Below are positions 62,201 through 64,000 of a DNA stretch of 64,000 nucleotides, piece by piece (within the stretch, counting starts at the first letter, position 1; each line of letters begins with the position of its first letter). A program made the translations under genes and the position numbers. The DNA comes from Vicugna vicugna. Lineage: Eukaryota. The notes beneath the pieces are model-generated. The model was not told the DNA's origin and ran no database searches. It worked only from the letters and a program-made list of their open reading frames with translations. The stretch spans positions 1,116,001 through 1,180,000 of the forward strand of contig MU063886.1 in NCBI GenBank assembly GCA_013265495.1. Direction: 5' to 3'.

Positions 62201-63450
62201 TTCCCCTGTGTGTTAGTTTTAATAGACTGTTCACACACAGTTTCAGCAGGAATTCCACATCTTCTCGTCTGCTCAGTACCTCTTGTTGGTGAGCCCTCTG
62301 CACCTTCCTCTCTCTGCCCTTGCTTCCACCATTTATGCTCGTGCTTCTCTCGATATTAGGTGGGAGACATCCCTCTGTAAGTTCTGGCCATGACACAGAA
62401 TTTTCTCTAATGCATTGATTTGATCATTGGGAACTGAGCCCAGTGGAGAGTCCCGACTGAGACAATATTCTTTTGGCTTGGAATTCTTTCATAGATTTTA
62501 ACGATTAATGCTCTGAAATACTCTGTAGCTTCTGATATTAATATTGTGATACCTACTTTCTTTTAGCTCACATTTGTCTGAAAGGTTTTCATACCCTCTG
62601 AACGGGAACTTTTCCAACTTCCTTTGTATTCAGTGAGCTCTTGTGTACAGAGTACAGTTAACTTCTAGTTTATAACACAAGCTCCTGTTCTTTGTCTTTT
62701 TACATTTAACCAGTTTCCAATTTACATTTATTGTCCACATGCCATCTTGCTTTATTCTGTCTTTTACATATTGTACATTGATTTCTTTCCCTAGCTTTTG
62801 TTATATGGGCTATGTTTGTCTATTTCTCTTAGGGAATTGTAAGACATAAATTGTTTTTAAGTCAATTACAGTTTAATTTTAATTTTAAAAAACTACGTCC
62901 TTTAGCTCTTTACCAACCTCAAGTAGGAAATAATACCTACTGATTCCCTTCAGTTCAGAGAAGAAAATTCCTTCTCTTTTCCCACTTTCTATTGCATGTA
63001 TAATACAAGATTTTGAAAGGTGCTTATTATTGTTTTTCTCATTTTAAAGCCTTCTAATCTTTCAAAATTACTTATGGCATTTTCATAGTGCTTTGCAACT
63101 TTCATGTAAATTTACTGACTTAATTATATATTTAAACAATTTCAAATTTTACTTATAGTCTTTCATTCTATTTCTTCACTATGGAATCTGACTTTTTAAA
63201 AATTGTTACAGCTTCTGATGACATTTGAGCTCAGCTCTGGGTAACATTTTTTTCTGAATAGATACGCCACAGTTGCATACTTTAAGTATTTGCATATCTG
63301 GAAACTCTTTCCATTATCTTCACACATGAATAACACTTTGTCCAGGAATTTGGAAGTTACTAAATTTTCCTCTCAAAACTCTTTACGGATTTCTCCAGTG
63401 TCTTCAAGCATTTAATGTAATAGAAGAGAGGCCTCAGCCCTGCCTGGTCC
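59270..63450 (-). mobile_element. Long degraded L1M (ORF2 and flanks), discontinuous; 11-nt N-run at 60879-60889
   Basis: Antisense L1 ORF2 motifs: aaattgctgggtcacaggatag..., ccagttattccagcattctttactgaaaagac, ggctacaacctccaatacaatgttgagtaaaaatgatgagtgtggatatccttgccttgtttcagatc, aaaatgaattaggaagcattcctccctc. Confidence 0.75.
60654..60712. repeat. Compound (CT)n(AT)n(AC)n microsatellite
   Basis: Directly visible. Confidence 0.9.
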
Positions 63451-64000
63451 CTGTTTGCTCTGCAAAAGAATTTACTAGATAAATCCCTTAACATAATGAG
63501 CTGCCCACCCTTCTTATGAATGTTACAGTATCATTTTAATGGTGAAAGTTTAATGTAGATTTTAACTGGTAACTTATCATAAAAATCAAGGAAAACCTGT
63601 TTAAAGAGATTTTCCCAAAGGATAGAATAGGCTTTTGACAGAGTCTGTAGTAAAGTACAAGAGTGCAAGTTTTGGCCACGGACCTTTAGTAAGGGGAGAG
63701 GAGCAGGGAGGAGCAGGCAGAGAGCACAGGAGGAGGAAGCAGGATGGAGATGACAAGGCTACAATTGCCTGACCCATTTTTAATCAGTTTATGAGTTCAG
63801 TTCCAGCTAATATTTGTTTCCTATAGAAATAGGTCTAGAAATGTTTCTGAAAATACAATATGCGTAATTATATCATTTCGTGAAACTTGTATTTCATGTG
63901 ATAAGTTGTCTAGAGACTTCATATGTTTTAGAATAGCATTTGCATATTATTTAAATGTTTTTATTTATTGGAGTAATAATATTACATACCATTTGCTACG

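Overview
Mammalian (eutherian) genomic DNA, most likely cetartiodactyl and probably camelid. Basis: cetartiodactyl-type L1 3' ends and LTRs are present, and I saw no Bov-A/BovB, PRE-1 or CHR-2 SINEs. I recognise no known protein-coding gene, RNA gene or CRISPR-like array. The window is mostly transposable-element-rich non-coding DNA: young L1 3' ends, old L1M fragments, L2, MIR, MER53/MER58 hAT MITEs, at least 8 LTRs (three solo LTRs with perfect 4-bp target-site duplications) and microsatellites. It grades from a GC/CpG-richer left part to an AT-rich, L1-dense right end. The best candidate for something undescribed is a chain of canonically spliced minus-strand exons in the left 22 kb. Four of them (9957-9917, 7372-7283, 5060-4930, 1247-1123) join in frame into a 128-aa ORF that I do not recognise, possibly driven by a solo LTR with an intact TATA box at about 19.9 kb. 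This is an unverified, by-eye gene model. The N-runs inside L1 copies replace sequence base-for-base rather than marking estimated gaps. Most ORFs in the supplied track are chance ORFs or repeat-derived.
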